Assembly: GCA_023251395.1 (NCBI GenBank)
Contig: JAHEYW010000004.1
Location: forward strand, 1 to 43,090
Reading direction: 5' to 3'
DNA length: 43,090 nucleotides
From: Bacteroidales bacterium
Lineage (GTDB): Bacteria > Bacteroidota > Bacteroidia > Bacteroidales > VadinHA17
Positions within the stretch are counted from its first letter, which is position 1; the number at the start of each line of letters is the position of its first letter. Shown one piece after another: positions 8,799-17,854 of this stretch. The notes below the pieces were generated by a model that saw nothing but the letters and a program-made list of their open reading frames with translations, was not told the origin of the DNA and ran no database searches. The position numbers and the translations under genes were made by a program.

Positions 8799-9794
8799 AT
8801 GCTTACTATTTATTCATCGCCACTTCAGGGATTTACTGATTTTCGATTTCGTAATGCCTTTCAACAGTTTTTTGGAGGGATTGACAAATATATTGCCCCA
8901 TATATACGGATAAATGAAAAACAGGAAATTAAACCAGGCTATGAACGCGATCTGTTACCTGCAAATAATAGATCGCTTGACCTTATTCCTCAGATAATTA
9001 CCAAAGATGCCGATGAATTTTTGTTTGTGGCAAAGTATGTTCAAAAGCTTGGATATAATGAACTGAACTGGAATCTGGGATGTCCATATCCTATGATCGC
9101 AAAAAAAGGAATGGGTTCCGGTTTGCTGAGTATGCCTGAGAAGATTGACGAAATTCTAAACAGGGTTTGTGCTGAGACAGATATTCAGGTATCGGTAAAA
9201 ATGAGACTGGGCTACGAAAGTTCGAAAGAAATATCTTATGTCTTACCTGTACTGGAGAGATACCGGCTGGCAAATATCACAATACACCCTCGAATTGGGA
9301 AACAGATATATAAGGGGGAAGTTGATCTTAAAGCCTTTGAAAACTGCCTCGGACAAACCTCTCATAAAATTTTCTATAACGGTGATATTACATCAATCCA
9401 GCGCTTTCGGGAAATGAAAGAACGCTTCCCGGCTATCAATCATTGGATGATAGGCAGGGGTCTGATTTCGGACCCATTTTTACCCGCTATGATTAAAGCA
9501 GATAATCCTGTCTATCCAGGAAATAGATATGAAATATTTTACTCTTTTCATGATGCCCTCTTTTCTTCCTATGAAGAGGCATTATTTGGACCAAAACATC
9601 TTCTGATGAAAATGTATTCTTTCTGGGAGTTCTTTATACAATCATTTCCCCTCTCACAAAAATATCTTAAAAGGATTAAAAAAGCCCATAACCTGGGTGC
9701 GTACAGGGAAGTGGTTCAACAAATATTATACAACGAAGCTGTTAATCGTGCCCGGCAAGGGCCTGACTCGTATGGAGGCTCAAACAATTATTGA
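8799..9794 (+). CDS. tRNA-dihydrouridine synthase (Dus family)
   Basis: N-terminal SPLQGFTDFRFRN. TIM-barrel-like motifs ELNWNLGCP, VSVKMRLG, ITIHPR and MIGRGLISDPFL. Confidence 0.8.
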   Translation: MLTIYSSPLQGFTDFRFRNAFQQFFGGIDKYIAPYIRINEKQEIKPGYERDLLPANNRSLDLIPQIITKDADEFLFVAKYVQKLGYNELNWNLGCPYPMIAKKGMGSGLLSMPEKIDEILNRVCAETDIQVSVKMRLGYESSKEISYVLPVLERYRLANITIHPRIGKQIYKGEVDLKAFENCLGQTSHKIFYNGDITSIQRFREMKERFPAINHWMIGRGLISDPFLPAMIKADNPVYPGNRYEIFYSFHDALFSSYEEALFGPKHLLMKMYSFWEFFIQSFPLSQKYLKRIKKAHNLGAYREVVQQILYNEAVNRARQGPDSYGGSNNY

Positions 9795-9840
9795 TGTAAT
9801 TTTGTTATAATTCAGAATCAAGAAACAAATTGCACCATAA

Positions 9841-10605
9841 ATGAAAATCATATCATGGAATGTTAACGGCATCAGGGCGATTGCTAAAAAATCCTTTTTT
9901 ACAGAGATTGACAGGATGTCCCCTGATATCCTTTGTCTTCAGGAAACCAAAGCGCAGGATCACCAGGTGGCAGAAGCAATCGGGATGCTCGATGGTTACC
10001 AACTTTATTCCTGTTCTGCCGAAAGACCAGGTTATTCAGGGACTGCAACTCTTACGAAGGTCAAGCCACTGGCTGTAACTAAAGGAATTGGCATTGGCGA
10101 ACACGACACGGAAGGAAGGGTTTTATGCCTGGAATTTGAAAAATATTTCCTTGTTAATGTTTATGTTCCGAATTCCGGCAGCGAATTATTAAGACTGGGA
10201 TACAGACAAAACTGGGATAAGGCATTGTTTGATTATCTGAAAAGCCTCGAAAAGACAAAACCAGTTATAGTTTGTGGTGACCTTAATGTTGCTCATAAAC
10301 CAATCGATCTTGCCCGGCCAAAAGATAACTACAATAAAAACGCCGGATACATGCAGGAAGAGATCGATGGCATGGATCGTTTTACAAGCGGTGGATTTGC
10401 TGATACATTCAGGGTTCTCTATCCTGATGTAAAAGACAGATATTCCTGGTGGAGCTTCAGGGCAGGAGCCAGATCAAAGAATATTGGCTGGAGAATAGAT
10501 TATTTCCTCGTAAGCGAATTATTTCTTCCGTCTGTACGTGATGCATTTATTCTTGAGGAAGTTACAGGATCGGACCATTGCCCCGTAGGGATTGAAATAT
10601 CCTGA
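9841..10605 (+). CDS. xth: Exodeoxyribonuclease III
   Basis: MKIISWNVNGIRA, LCLQETK, GDLNVAH, SWWSFR, RIDY and SDHCPV are all canonical ExoIII/APE motifs. Confidence 0.93.
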   Translation: MKIISWNVNGIRAIAKKSFFTEIDRMSPDILCLQETKAQDHQVAEAIGMLDGYQLYSCSAERPGYSGTATLTKVKPLAVTKGIGIGEHDTEGRVLCLEFEKYFLVNVYVPNSGSELLRLGYRQNWDKALFDYLKSLEKTKPVIVCGDLNVAHKPIDLARPKDNYNKNAGYMQEEIDGMDRFTSGGFADTFRVLYPDVKDRYSWWSFRAGARSKNIGWRIDYFLVSELFLPSVRDAFILEEVTGSDHCPVGIEIS

Positions 10606-10896
10606 TAAAGTGGTATAGCCGGATATACATCAAACTCAATTATCGTCCGGATTTTTAGTTCGCATTTCACCCTCGCGTATACATTGTGGTGAGCGAAGCT
10701 GTAGGCAGATCTATGGGAAACAGAAAGAGTTTTACGGATTGTTTTGATGAAGTCCGGAGACTTCCCTTTTCCGGCAATAATTTAATCGTGCTTCAAATTT
10801 TATGTGTTTATATCGGAATGCAACCTTATTCTGTTGAACATTGTCTGAACATATAGAATTAGTTATGAACTATTCCAAAAACTAAGTTTCCTTGTT

Positions 10897-11766
10897 ATGA
10901 AAAGCTTAAGTATCCTCCTGGTATTTATCGGGTTAATCTTATCTGCCTGCAATAAACAGAAAAATGAAGATCCGGTTAAAAATCCGGTTGTAAATGATAT
11001 GATAATCAATCATTCCTGCATAAAGACCGGATCAATACCCGATACATGGTTAAACACAGCAAAACTAAATCTTCATATAGGATACGGACACACCTCTCAT
11101 GGGAGTCAACTCATTTCCGGTATGTCAGGACTTGTTACATTCAAGGGAACAAAGTATTCCTGGAATATCGGTGGAACAGGTGGAGCGCTTGGTCTCCATG
11201 ATTATGCAATGTCTGGTGATCTGGGGGATCCCGACAGAACAACCTGGGCAACACGAACCCGTAATTATCTTGCCGCCAATTCAGACGTGAATGTTATAAT
11301 CTGGTCGTGGTGCGGGCAGGTTTCATCGGCGACAGAAGCTGATATAAATAATTATCTGAATTTAATGTCAGCTCTTGAAACATCTTATCCGTCTGTAAAA
11401 TTTGTGTATATGACCGGACATCTTGACGGAACAGGGCTTACAGGTAACCTGCATCTGAGAAATGAGCAGATAAGGAATTACTGTAAAACGAATAAAAAGA
11501 TCTTATATGATTTTGAAGATATTGAGAGCTACAACCCTGATGGTACTTATTTCGGCGATAAGAAACCAAATGATAATTGCGATTATGACTCCGACGGAAA
11601 CGGTACGCTGGATGCAAACTGGGCAACCCAATGGCAGAATTCCCATACAAAAGGAGTTGACTGGTACAGTTGCTCCCCGGCACATACCCAGGATATAAAC
11701 GGGAATATGAAAGCCTATGCTGCATGGTGGCTCTGGGCGAGACTGGCAGGATGGGATGGCAATTGA
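10897..11766 (+). CDS. Hypothetical lipoprotein
   Basis: Lipobox LILSAC after a signal peptide. Trp-rich C-terminus. I do not recognise the family. Confidence 0.6.
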   Translation: MKSLSILLVFIGLILSACNKQKNEDPVKNPVVNDMIINHSCIKTGSIPDTWLNTAKLNLHIGYGHTSHGSQLISGMSGLVTFKGTKYSWNIGGTGGALGLHDYAMSGDLGDPDRTTWATRTRNYLAANSDVNVIIWSWCGQVSSATEADINNYLNLMSALETSYPSVKFVYMTGHLDGTGLTGNLHLRNEQIRNYCKTNKKILYDFEDIESYNPDGTYFGDKKPNDNCDYDSDGNGTLDANWATQWQNSHTKGVDWYSCSPAHTQDINGNMKAYAAWWLWARLAGWDGN

Positions 11767-12137
11767 AATAAATAATTAGCCAAACGATATTAATATCTCC
11801 GTCTTTTTCACCACACAAATGATTTGAAGAGGAATAGGTTCCTTGGATTTCTAGTTATCCGATTGTATTTATTACTTTCAGGATCAGCGAAACGAAGGGC
11901 AGTCCACCCTTGACGTGTTTTGTTCCAGGTATTTAATTACTTTGCCGGAATGCAATCGTTTACATTCTTCTCCAGCAACATGACAGAACCATTAATTAAT
12001 GGCAACCATTGGCGGTATTTATATTCTCGTATGATTGAATAACCGGGAATATGATATTAATCAGTAAGTAGTTGCCTTATTGAATAAAAACGTAAATTGT
12101 GTATGACAATCTTTAGTTTGAACCAAATAAGCTGATC

Positions 12138-12545
12138 ATGAATACAAGAAATTCATACAACGGTCTCAGATGGACAGCCCGTGTAATCGGTACTTTGATG
12201 GTGCTCTTCACGCTATTTATGTTTATTGGTGAAATGCTGGAAGGTCAAAAAAGGCACGCTGGATCTGCAGTCGCTTCATTTTCTCCCTTTTTGCTGGTAA
12301 TTTTCACTGTTTGGGGTATTGCTCTTGCTGGTCTTATTATGGCAATTTGGAAAGAAGGTCTAGGTGGGATTATCTCCCTTTCAGGGTTTATTTTAACTTT
12401 TGTCCTGAATTTGTTCAATAAGGAAGCTTCAATGAGGTGGAGTGCGATCCCTGTTTTTCTGATATTCTCAATACCGTCTATTTTATATCTTATTTACTGG
12501 AAACTGAAATGGGATGAGGCTGGGAAGGCTGATGTGAAAAACTGA
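12138..12545 (+). CDS. Hypothetical small integral membrane protein (about 4 TM)
   Basis: Four hydrophobic segments in the translation. No recognisable family. Confidence 0.55.
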   Translation: MNTRNSYNGLRWTARVIGTLMVLFTLFMFIGEMLEGQKRHAGSAVASFSPFLLVIFTVWGIALAGLIMAIWKEGLGGIISLSGFILTFVLNLFNKEASMRWSAIPVFLIFSIPSILYLIYWKLKWDEAGKADVKN

Positions 12546-13105
12546 TACCCATTACCCTGTTTAGCAGTAAACATTAGCCCGATTATCTGAATCTTTTAGG
12601 GATTTAACTCTAACGAATAGTTGTCAGTTTATTCTGGCATTATTTAGTCGGGGTTAATGGCTTTTCAAAGTGAGAAGGAGATTGATTCCCCGATTCATAA
12701 TTTTCCTTTTCCTTATTTATATGTTTTCAATGCCTCATCAAGTGTATTGTCTATCGTTTGAACGGCTGCCATATTCTTAATATGCTGAGGCCTCAGCATA
12801 GTATCAATTGTTGATGGTTTAAGCAGCTGAATGTTCCTGAAACTGCCATGATAATTCCAAACAATAGCACCCCAACGAGTATTGAATGATTTGTTATCCT
12901 TTTCATGGCGTGACTGTTTTTATATTCAATTAAAAGACTGTGAATTATTTATGTTGTTGCATTTTCCATAAACAAATTTCAATTTGAAACATAAAATAGG
13001 GAAGGGAGCAGGAATAGGTAACCAAACCAGATTCCACTGAATAATATTAATAAACGGTAGCTCCGGACTTTTGAAAATTATATTTTTACATAAAATCTAT
13101 CTTTT

Positions 13106-13708
13106 ATGATAGTCCTGGATATAGAAACAACCGGTCTTGACCCACGACTCCATTCTATAATTGAGATTGGTGCTATAGATTTTGGTAACCCATCGAACTA
13201 TTTCAGCGGAAAATGTCAGATTTGGAGTGGGGCTGAAGTAGATTTTCAGGCATTAGAAATAAACGGATTTACTCTTGAAGAAATCCAGGATAAAAAAATC
13301 GACTCGCATCAGGAACTTTTATCAAGCTTCAAAAACTGGACAGAATTAATCGAAGATAAAACCATTGCCGGTCAGAATGTTGATTTTGATATAAGTTTTC
13401 TGATAGAGAGCTATAAAAGATTCGGACTAAATTTCAATTTGGGAAAAAGAAAAGTAGATCAGCATTCTATTGTCTTTGCTCATTTTCTTAAGAGGAAAAT
13501 AATTCCTCCGTTAAAGGAGGGGGTATCGGATTTAAGCAGTGATGTAATAATGAATTATGTAGGGCTGCCTCCAGAACCCAGGCCACACAGGGCATTGAAT
13601 GGAGCAAGGTATGAAACGGAATCAATGTCAAGACTTATCTTTGGGAAAGGAGTCTTCGATGAGTTTGCTGAATATGCAATCCCGGATTACCTGCGAAATC
13701 CCGGATAA
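13106..13708 (+). CDS. DEDD-type 3'-5' exonuclease (DnaQ/RNase T-like)
   Basis: ExoI motif LDIETTGL and ExoII motif NVDFDISFL. The ExoIII-like motif is HRALNGA, with the expected Asp replaced. Confidence 0.75.
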   Translation: MIVLDIETTGLDPRLHSIIEIGAIDFGNPSNYFSGKCQIWSGAEVDFQALEINGFTLEEIQDKKIDSHQELLSSFKNWTELIEDKTIAGQNVDFDISFLIESYKRFGLNFNLGKRKVDQHSIVFAHFLKRKIIPPLKEGVSDLSSDVIMNYVGLPPEPRPHRALNGARYETESMSRLIFGKGVFDEFAEYAIPDYLRNPG

Positions 13709-13936
13709 CTATCAGACAATAAAAAATGTTAATAAAACTATAACTCAAGGATTTCAGCAACCTAACTTAATTGTCTCAGGTACAAAGGAAAATAGGGAGA
13801 TAAATTTCGAGATTTCGGCTTTCCCTAATCCAACGAAAATGCGCTTTTGCAGTGGAAGGTAGAACTTGATCAGGTTGATGATATTTTGCTAATAGGATTT
13901 TCTATCTGACAACCACGTTTATTACAGCCTTATATG

Positions 13937-13973
13937 ATCAGGGACTCTGACTTTAGAAGCCAGAGTCCCTGAT
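13937..13973. terminator. Perfect 13-bp stem hairpin between convergent genes
   Basis: ATCAGGGACTCTG (13937-13949) pairs with CAGAGTCCCTGAT (13961-13973), loop 11 nt. No strong T-run on either side. Confidence 0.55.
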
Positions 13974-14011
13974 TGTCGCATATCTAATATCTGAAAAAAC
14001 TTAAGCTGTTG

Positions 14012-15280
14012 TTATTTCCACCAGGTCTCTCCTTCAACCAGATATTTTTCTTTGATCAGTTTTTCATTTAGCTCGATACCAAATCCGGGCCGGTCGCTCA
14101 GTTGAATGTGTCCGTTTTTGATCATTTCTTTATCGTAACCCAAAACATCAGGATCTCCGTTTATTCCCTTCCCGGCCCTGTTCATTGGATTATTGATAAA
14201 AGTTTCATGTGCTACAAATTCACGTACGGTTGCTGCAAAATTCGCTGAAGCGATTGTCGCAATCGGACCGGCTACGTTGTGTGTACAAACCGGTATGTAG
14301 TAAGTTTCTGCAAGATCGGCTATCTTTTTGGCTTCCAGAAGCCCTCCGGCCATAGATACATCAATCTCTATCATATTCACCCCCTGGTTCACAATAAATG
14401 GACGGAAGTCGTCCCGGGTATATAAGTTCTCTCCAGTAAGTATTGGAACAGGTGATTTCTCGGTTAGTTTAACCCATTGTTCGTTATAGGCAATCGGCAG
14501 AGGATCTTCCAGCCATATAGGCCGCATAGGAGCAACAGCATTAGCAACACGTAATGCACTATCAAAATCAAACTCCCAATGGCAATGAACAGCTATATCG
14601 AATTCAGGTCCCAATGCTTCCCTCATATTGCTGAAGCCTTTTGCAATTTTGTCTACTCCCATATTTGAAAGCCTGCGGTTGTCGAGCCGGTTCCACGACT
14701 GATCCCTGTCAATATCGCTCTTACATGCTGTCCAGCCCTGACTTTTCATCAATGTTGCAAACTCCTTGCATGAATCTATATCCATCATATTTCGCGGACG
14801 GGACGAAGCATAAGCCCTGACTTCATTAACATGACTTCCACCACCTAAAATCTTGCGAACAGGTTGTTCGGTGATTTTTCCAATCAGATCCCACATTGCA
14901 AACTCTACCCCGGTTATAGCATGTGTTGCTATTCCATGATTACCCCCATAATATGATGTGCGCGTGCTCATCTTGAAGACCAGATACTCCAGATCCAACG
15001 GGTCTTGTCCCATCAGTATGGGTTTACAAACATTCAGGACAATATCCTTGGCGCCGAGACCATTCTCGTCGTGATGACATTCTCCAATACCGATCAAACC
15101 GACATCGGTCGTGATTTTGACCAAAGGACTTACCCTCATACCTATTTTTGTCCTGACACATTGTACGTCAGTAATTTTTACTTTCCCTTTCAGAGGATTG
15201 GCAAAAAGGTCCAAAGAGGGTAAACATGCGAGTACAGGGGCTGTGATGGCCAGGTTTCTGATAAAATTCCTTCTCTTCAT
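14012..15280 (-). CDS. Enolase-superfamily enzyme (mandelate racemase / acid-sugar dehydratase-like) with a twin-arginine signal peptide
   Basis: MKRRNFIRNLAITAPVLA is a Tat-type signal. Family motifs GIGECHHD, DIAVHCHWEF, WLEDP, TGEN, CTHNVAGPIA. Start moved to the ATG that gives MKRRNF. Confidence 0.8.
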   Translation of the reverse strand: MKRRNFIRNLAITAPVLACLPSLDLFANPLKGKVKITDVQCVRTKIGMRVSPLVKITTDVGLIGIGECHHDENGLGAKDIVLNVCKPILMGQDPLDLEYLVFKMSTRTSYYGGNHGIATHAITGVEFAMWDLIGKITEQPVRKILGGGSHVNEVRAYASSRPRNMMDIDSCKEFATLMKSQGWTACKSDIDRDQSWNRLDNRRLSNMGVDKIAKGFSNMREALGPEFDIAVHCHWEFDFDSALRVANAVAPMRPIWLEDPLPIAYNEQWVKLTEKSPVPILTGENLYTRDDFRPFIVNQGVNMIEIDVSMAGGLLEAKKIADLAETYYIPVCTHNVAGPIATIASANFAATVREFVAHETFINNPMNRAGKGINGDPDVLGYDKEMIKNGHIQLSDRPGFGIELNEKLIKEKYLVEGETWWK

Positions 15281-15310
15281 TTTTATCTTTTTTATATTCG
15301 TTATCACTTT

Positions 15311-16579
15311 TTATCCCCACCATTTTTCACCTTCAACCAGGTACTTCATGGCCACATCTTTATTCAGGTCAAGTCCGAGACCAGGTTTGTCAGAGAGTTG
15401 AATATACCCGTCTTTTATTATATCTCTGTCGTATACAACCAGACTACCCCAATTGGCATGACCATCGCGGGAATCTTTGCTGTAATCGTAGCTCTCATGA
15501 CCGATAAAATCAAGCATGGTTGCGGCACAATTTGCTGAAGCAATTGTTGCTATAGGACCCATTACGTTGTGGGTTGCAACGGGCATATAGTAGGTGTTTG
15601 CCAGTTCGGCAATCTTCTTTGCTTCAAGCAATCCACCAGCCATTGAAATATCGATCTCGACCATATGAACTGCCTGATTAACAATAAATGGAAGGAAGTC
15701 ATACAATGTATAAAGGTTTTCGCCTGTAGAGACACATATTGGTGAAGCAGCAGTAAGTTTGGCCCAGGTTTCAACATAGTTTATTGGCATTGGGTCCTCG
15801 ATCCACCAGGGTCTGATTGGCTCCAGAGCTTTTGCAAAACTCAATGCATCATAAAACCCAAATTCCCAGTGACAATGTACAATAATCTCAAAATCATCAC
15901 CAGCTGCCTCTCTTAAATTACTAAATGCCTGGATATTCGTTTTCAGCTCAGCATTGGAGAGACGGCGATTTAATTCACTACCACCGGGCCTTCTGGAGAT
16001 TCTGAAAGGTTTTGCAGCAGTCCATTTTTGAACTGAGGCGTTAACGTAATCGATCCATTCTTTGCAGACGGCTTTATCGAGCATATTTCTGGGCTGGCTT
16101 GTCAGATAAGCTCTTACTTTATCAGCATAACATCCTCCTCCAAGAATTTTTCTGAGTGGCATATTGAGCAGTTTTCCTGTGAGGTCCCAGAGAGCAATTT
16201 CGCACCCGGTAACTGCATGTATCCCAATGCCTCCGTTGCCACCTGTATATGATATACGCCACTTCATCAATTGAGTGAGACGTGCAATATCGAAAGGATC
16301 CTGTTTTACCAGTATTTGTTTGAACGCGTTCAGAACTACCTCTTTGGCTGCCAGTCCGGTTATATCATGGTGGCATTCACCAATTCCATAAACACCTGCA
16401 TCGGTTTCGATTTTAACCAGAGGCAGAACATGTCCTCTGCTACCTATCTGAACACGCATGAATTTTACATCAGTTATGGTGACTTTCCCTTTCTGTGGTT
16501 CAGCAAGGCTGCCAAAGTTTGGGATTGCAGCAGCGGCAGGTACAGTGGCTGCCATTTGTAAGAACGTTTTTCTTTCCAT
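15311..16579 (-). CDS. Paralogous enolase-superfamily enzyme with a signal-like N-terminus (RK variant)
   Basis: MERKTFLQMAATVPAAAAIP N-terminus. It carries the same motif set as its neighbour (GIGECHHD, IIVHCHWEF, WIEDP, TGEN, ATHNVMGPIA). By eye, roughly half the positions are identical to 14012-15280. Confidence 0.8.
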   Translation of the reverse strand: MERKTFLQMAATVPAAAAIPNFGSLAEPQKGKVTITDVKFMRVQIGSRGHVLPLVKIETDAGVYGIGECHHDITGLAAKEVVLNAFKQILVKQDPFDIARLTQLMKWRISYTGGNGGIGIHAVTGCEIALWDLTGKLLNMPLRKILGGGCYADKVRAYLTSQPRNMLDKAVCKEWIDYVNASVQKWTAAKPFRISRRPGGSELNRRLSNAELKTNIQAFSNLREAAGDDFEIIVHCHWEFGFYDALSFAKALEPIRPWWIEDPMPINYVETWAKLTAASPICVSTGENLYTLYDFLPFIVNQAVHMVEIDISMAGGLLEAKKIAELANTYYMPVATHNVMGPIATIASANCAATMLDFIGHESYDYSKDSRDGHANWGSLVVYDRDIIKDGYIQLSDKPGLGLDLNKDVAMKYLVEGEKWWG

Positions 16580-17202
16580 TGTGTACTCTCGTTTATAAAG
16601 TAATTATTTCATAGTTATATCAGGAGTTTAACCCCTCATTAATTGGTCAAAAAAATAGGCTTATTCAGTGCAGAAAATCTCAGGGACGCAAAGAAGGATT
16701 GCTAAAAAAGATGATTTTATAAAAGGAAGTTTCATAGGTTTGGTTTTAATAGTTTCCTGGTCAATATCCTTATAAAAATAGGATTATTTATTTTAAGTTC
16801 GAAGAAATTGCATTATGAATTGGTTGAAATCTTTTCGATAAAAAGAACTGGGGAGAAGCTGTTAAATTCATGGCTTCTTTAAATATTTCCGTACCATACT
16901 ATTTTGCGGGATTGGCTTATCAGAATGAAGGTGAAAAAGAAAAAGAGGTATTTACAAAAATTGCAAATAGTAATTCGATTAGTCTGCAGATCTCATTGGT
17001 AAAACCTTTTGCAAAGAACAAATTAATTGAGTTAAGCAAATAAAAATAATCCAGGCTTCTTGCTGCCTGTTCATCTAAACAATAATGGAGGGACAGTTTT
17101 TTAAATTAAATTGAAAAACTTGCCCCTGTGAACAGTTATTGCCGGAAACAGAAAGAGGGATAACAGGAGAATGTTCGCATATTGGTCTTTCCTCCTCACA
17201 AA

Positions 17203-17853
17203 TTAATAACCAATGGTAAACCTTTCCCTGTGGTGTGCCGGCTTTTCGAGTTCATCAATCATCGCGACAGCATAATCCTGTACTGAAATTTTGCTCTCAC
17301 CCTTGGAATCAACAATTAAATCGTCTTTCCCCAGACGGAATTTATTGGTCCGTTGACCGGGTTCTATAATACCAGCGGGAGAAAAAAACACCCAGTCAAT
17401 ACTCTTTTCAGCCTGAAGATCAATCAGATAAAAATCGGCCAGAGCCCTTACTGCAGGCAGAAATGAATCAGGTATTACGCCTGAATCCATTAGTTTTTTC
17501 CCTGGTGAAATAAATAGGGAACCGGCCCCGCCTACAACAAGTAACCGCTTTACACCCGACTGCCTGACACCTTCCAGGATAGTTCTGTAAACAGATGTGG
17601 TTTCTGCTGCAATATCCGGGTTCCTCCAGCCAGGATTGTATGCACTAATAACAGCATCAGCACCATTACTTGCTTCAGCCACAACATTCCTATGAGAGAC
17701 ATTCCCCTGTTTTACGATCAGATTTTTATGAACCAAAGTTATCTTATCTGGGTGACGTACTACTGCAGTTACATTATGACCTCGGTCAAGAGCTTCTTTC
17801 AGAATTGCTGAGCCAACGAACCCGCTTGCACCTATAAGTACGATTTTTTTCAT
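17203..17853 (-). CDS. NAD(P)H-binding, atypical SDR / NmrA-like oxidoreductase
   Basis: MKKIVLIGASGFVGSAILKEAL is a Rossmann motif. Its start codon lies 1 nt after the RND stop codon. Confidence 0.8.
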   Translation of the reverse strand: MKKIVLIGASGFVGSAILKEALDRGHNVTAVVRHPDKITLVHKNLIVKQGNVSHRNVVAEASNGADAVISAYNPGWRNPDIAAETTSVYRTILEGVRQSGVKRLLVVGGAGSLFISPGKKLMDSGVIPDSFLPAVRALADFYLIDLQAEKSIDWVFFSPAGIIEPGQRTNKFRLGKDDLIVDSKGESKISVQDYAVAMIDELEKPAHHRERFTIGY

Positions 17854-17854
17854 T

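Noticed and set aside
10814-11955. The 10-mer CGGAATGCAA occurs upstream of two + strand genes (10814-10823 and 11946-11955).
   Set aside because: Distances to the start codons (about 75 and 185 nt) and to downstream similar bases differ. Two copies of a 10-mer are not enough to call a regulatory motif.
12718-12906. A small minus-strand ORF has a signal-like start (MKRITNHSILVGVLLFGIIMAVSG). Its frame ends inside a perfect 18-bp palindrome ATGCTGAGGCCTCAGCAT (12782-12799), and an open frame continues after a shift.
   Set aside because: The intact frame is only 37 codons. Joining the two parts requires an assumed frameshift, and the palindrome alone is not evidence of function.
13780-13900. 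Possible remnant of a T9SS C-terminal sorting domain (ISAFPNPT..., continuing in a shifted frame as NALLQWKVELDQVDDILLIGFSI).
   Set aside because: It is only a short PNP-type motif and needs an assumed frameshift. There is no upstream coding body, so the evidence is too weak to annotate.
16870-17043. A 57-aa ORF has a TPR-like sequence (YYFAGLAYQNEGEKEKE) in the 620-bp gap upstream of the enolase operon.
   Set aside because: It falls below the ORF-track cutoff, I did not identify a ribosome-binding context, and it could equally be a decayed gene tail. Only homology search or expression data could support it.
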